64,000 bases of DNA from Pseudomonadota bacterium (GTDB taxonomy: Bacteria; Bdellovibrionota; Bdellovibrionia; Bdellovibrionales; Bdellovibrionaceae). Positions within the stretch are counted from its first letter, which is position 1. Every line of letters begins with the position of its first letter. A program made the position numbers and the translations under genes. The DNA lies in the NCBI GenBank assembly GCA_041178425.1, contig JBEGVH010000031.1, positions 135,206-199,205 of the forward strand, in the 5' to 3' direction. Below, piece after piece: positions 62,055 through 64,000 of this stretch. The notes beneath the pieces were generated by a model. It did no database searches. It was not told the DNA's origin and saw nothing but the letters and a program-made list of their open reading frames with translations.

Positions 62055-62139
62055 AACGGATGAGACGAGTTCCCCGCAGCTCAGTTCAAAAGTTCACAAT
62101 CCCCGACCAAGGATAGGGCGTACAACTCAGTGGGGTGTT
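62055..62139. other. 85-nt segment present only in cassette copy 1
   Basis: Copy 2 reads ggtacgtt|gccttc; copy 1 has aacgg...gggtgtt between them, with GTT repeated at the junctions. Confidence 0.85.
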
Positions 62140-62232
62140 GCCTTCACGGTTGGTTCTGCTAAGCAGGTTGGAGTGGCCACTTTAACCTCTCTAAGTGTTC
62201 CAAAATATTCTGATGCCTGTATGACAGTCCTC

Positions 62233-62580
62233 TGCTCGCCGTTCGGAAACCCGTTCCGTTGATCGGATCTCAATTCCTATTGAATCAACTTTCACAGCTT
62301 GGCACGTCTTGCTTAATAGAGCCTCGGTCGCTCCAACTGGCGAGGCTCCAAAACGAAGAAGACCCCCACTACACTGTGGAGGTCCACATGAAAACACTAT
62401 CTACCAACCAAGATAGGTTTCGGAAGTTCGTAAGAACAGCTAAAGCAGTTTTAGGTCTAGTAATACTAGTATTGAAAGCTCTGCGGCTCCTGTTGGATCT
62501 CATAAGCTAGTACGTGTTTTGGTTCTGGTACGTTGCCTTCACGGTTGGATTTGCTAAGCAAGTTGGAGTGGCCACTCAAC
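62233..62580 (+). repeat. Peptide/structured-RNA cassette, copy 2
   Basis: Direct repeat of copy 1. Confidence 0.92.
62388..62510 (+). CDS. 40-aa cationic amphipathic peptide, candidate type I toxin (paralog)
   Basis: MKTLSTNQDRFRKFVRTAKAVLGLVILVLKALRLLLDLIS; same SD and same stop position as copy 1. Confidence 0.75.
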   Translation: MKTLSTNQDRFRKFVRTAKAVLGLVILVLKALRLLLDLIS

Positions 62581-62600
62581 CCTTGCGAGGAGGCTCGCTC

Positions 62601-63803
62601 ATGTATGTATTGTTAATGATCGAAGTGATTTACAAAGTACTCACGGCACTGGTCGGTGCTCTTGTATTGATTGTGTCGGTTACTAATTGCTCCCTTAAAC
62701 TCACTCCAAAGGAGGACAGGGATAACAAGGTTGTAAAAATATCGGGGGCACCCGATACGACTTTGTCGTTGCGGGGGCTTCAGATTCACAGATACCTTGC
62801 CGAGATTAGTTATCCCGCTGGTCTCAGTCATTTGCGTCTTGAGGTTAACGATCATATTTGGGTAGAGCAGCTCCAACCACCAAGCCAATCCATCGTCGTT
62901 GGGTTTGAGGATCAAGCTCAATATAAAGTAAAACTTTTGGGTCGCACGCACCCCGAAGCAGAGACCACTTTAGTCGCCGAGTGGGAAGTCACAACGCCTA
63001 CAGACCTCTTGCTCGATCAATCGACCTTCGCTAAAACGCTAACCCTAAACTCTACCGTTGTTATTCAGGCGGAACGAGTGTTTTTGCCCCCTGGAACACC
63101 GGAGAGTCCCTCTTTAACCACTCAAGGGCAGAAGCTCCACATTGTTGCCAACGAACTCATTGCCAACGAATCCGTGATTGCCACCTTTGCAAAGGCACAA
63201 AAAGCTAGCCAAGACCAAGCTGGCCGCGATGGTGGAGAGATTTTTATCAAGGCCCTTTTCGCAAAAGGAGACCTGTCGATCGTCATGCGAGGAGAAGAAG
63301 GAGGCGATGGCAGTGCGGGGCCATCCTTTAACGAACGCGCACCATCGGGGTTGCAAGGTAAACGCGGGCGAGCGTTCTGTCGGTCGCGATTTAGTGGGGG
63401 AGACCCAGTCCTAACGTGTCGATGTTTGGAGTTTCCGGGAGATGGTGGGCCCGGTCATGATGGGCAGTCAGGGCGAGCAGGTCTCCCAGGGCGTCGGGGT
63501 GGGCACTCGGGGCAACTCAAAATGGAACTAGCGCTTGTACCTACGGCAGATTGGAAGCTCAGCTTAGTCAAAGAGCCAGGCCTTGCTGGGGCACCAGGTA
63601 CTGGTGGGCCCGGGCAATTGGGTGGGCAGGGGGGCGACGCCGGAATCATCGACGATGCAAATGCGTGTTATCCGACCCAAAGCAAGAAGGGCCAAGAGGG
63701 TTTAGTTGGGGCCGATGGGCCTTCTGGAATTCGTGAGCCGCCAGGGCTCGCACAACAAGAATGCCTTTCGATCGGTGAAGGCTTCGGACGTTGCTCAGAC
63801 TAG
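62601..63803 (+). CDS. Collagen-like (Gly-X-Y) surface lipoprotein
   Basis: ATG at 62601 follows GAGGAGG; hydrophobic signal ending SVTNC; several GXY runs (GDGGPGHDGQSGRAGLPGRRGGHSG; GLAGAPGTGGPGQLGGQGG) interleaved with Cys. Confidence 0.7.
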   Translation: MYVLLMIEVIYKVLTALVGALVLIVSVTNCSLKLTPKEDRDNKVVKISGAPDTTLSLRGLQIHRYLAEISYPAGLSHLRLEVNDHIWVEQLQPPSQSIVVGFEDQAQYKVKLLGRTHPEAETTLVAEWEVTTPTDLLLDQSTFAKTLTLNSTVVIQAERVFLPPGTPESPSLTTQGQKLHIVANELIANESVIATFAKAQKASQDQAGRDGGEIFIKALFAKGDLSIVMRGEEGGDGSAGPSFNERAPSGLQGKRGRAFCRSRFSGGDPVLTCRCLEFPGDGGPGHDGQSGRAGLPGRRGGHSGQLKMELALVPTADWKLSLVKEPGLAGAPGTGGPGQLGGQGGDAGIIDDANACYPTQSKKGQEGLVGADGPSGIREPPGLAQQECLSIGEGFGRCSD

Positions 63804-63873
63804 GCCGGGAACACAAGGTGGCCACGTGGTCGAGATTCGGACGCCATCTCTTATTAACCAAGGACTCGCTGTG

Positions 63874-64000
63874 TGTCTCGATTTGCAATTAAGTACCCTT
63901 GGCCAAACCAACCGCCCCTACTGGGAGAGGTGAGCGTAAGTTCACCGCTCTAAAGAAAAAGACCCCCACCGCTAACGATGGAGGTCAAAATGACAAACTT
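63874..64000 (+). repeat. Diverged third cassette copy (leader plus start of ORF, truncated)
   Basis: GGCCAAACCAAC, hairpin, A-rich linker, GACCCCCAC...TGGAGGTC anti-SD hairpin, ATG at 63990. Confidence 0.7.

Larger units (their letters stand above)
61753..62188 (+). repeat. Peptide/structured-RNA cassette, copy 1
   Basis: Aligns ungapped to 62233-62534 at +480, then at +395 after an 85-nt extra segment. Confidence 0.92.

Noticed and set aside
62067..62135. GAGTTCCCCGC...CAGTGGGG resembles the two halves of a type I-E CRISPR repeat
   Set aside because: The halves are about 50 nt apart, there is no repeat-spacer periodicity and no cas gene in the window; an 11-nt match can be chance.
61752..62510. 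Longer ORF-track versions (92 aa and 83 aa) of the cassette peptides
   Set aside because: The upstream starts differ between copies and lack an SD; the GGAGG-linked ATGs at 61908 and 62388 are conserved.
58354..64000. Prophage, integron or IS island
   Set aside because: No integrase, transposase, phage gene or tRNA attachment site is visible within the window.

Overview
This is a 64 kb chromosomal window from a bacterium that looks like a Bdellovibrionota (Bdellovibrio-like) organism. That placement is an inference from the 277-aa MGMRI-type flagellin, the tandem ARLxALG...YMF major outer-membrane proteins, sigma28/sigma54 promoter usage and many orphan secreted proteins. Most of the window is housekeeping: dnaJ-like, lpoA-like, dksA, lon, trhP, fliC, deoC-pdp-punA, pilT, rng/rne, groES-groEL, comF-lolA-rimO, hpt, bamD, an astC/M20/astA/astD cluster, mltG, mreB, glpD, menF-menD-menH, DAHP synthase, ubiE/menG, ubiB-like kinase, rnr and a HEPN/MNT toxin-antitoxin pair. 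I saw no rRNA, tRNA, CRISPR array, integrase or transposase. Two loci stand out. (1) 61753-64000 holds a repeated cassette: two copies at an exact 480-bp offset plus a diverged third copy cut by the window edge. Each complete copy encodes a 40-aa cationic amphipathic peptide whose Shine-Dalgarno is locked in a hairpin and whose 5' and 3' flanks can zip together by nested long-range pairing, the architecture of a type I toxin mRNA but in no family I recognise. Copy 1 carries an extra 85-nt segment, and a collagen-like lipoprotein gene lies between copies 2 and 3. (2) 43685-48138 is a three-gene cluster of divergent phosphotransferases (ThiL-like; rifampin-phosphotransferase/PEP-synthase-like with a degenerate ATP-grasp domain; thymidylate-kinase-like lacking the DR motif) with a structured, switch-like intergenic leader. 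All calls are from reading the sequence by eye; no database searches or folding programs were run.
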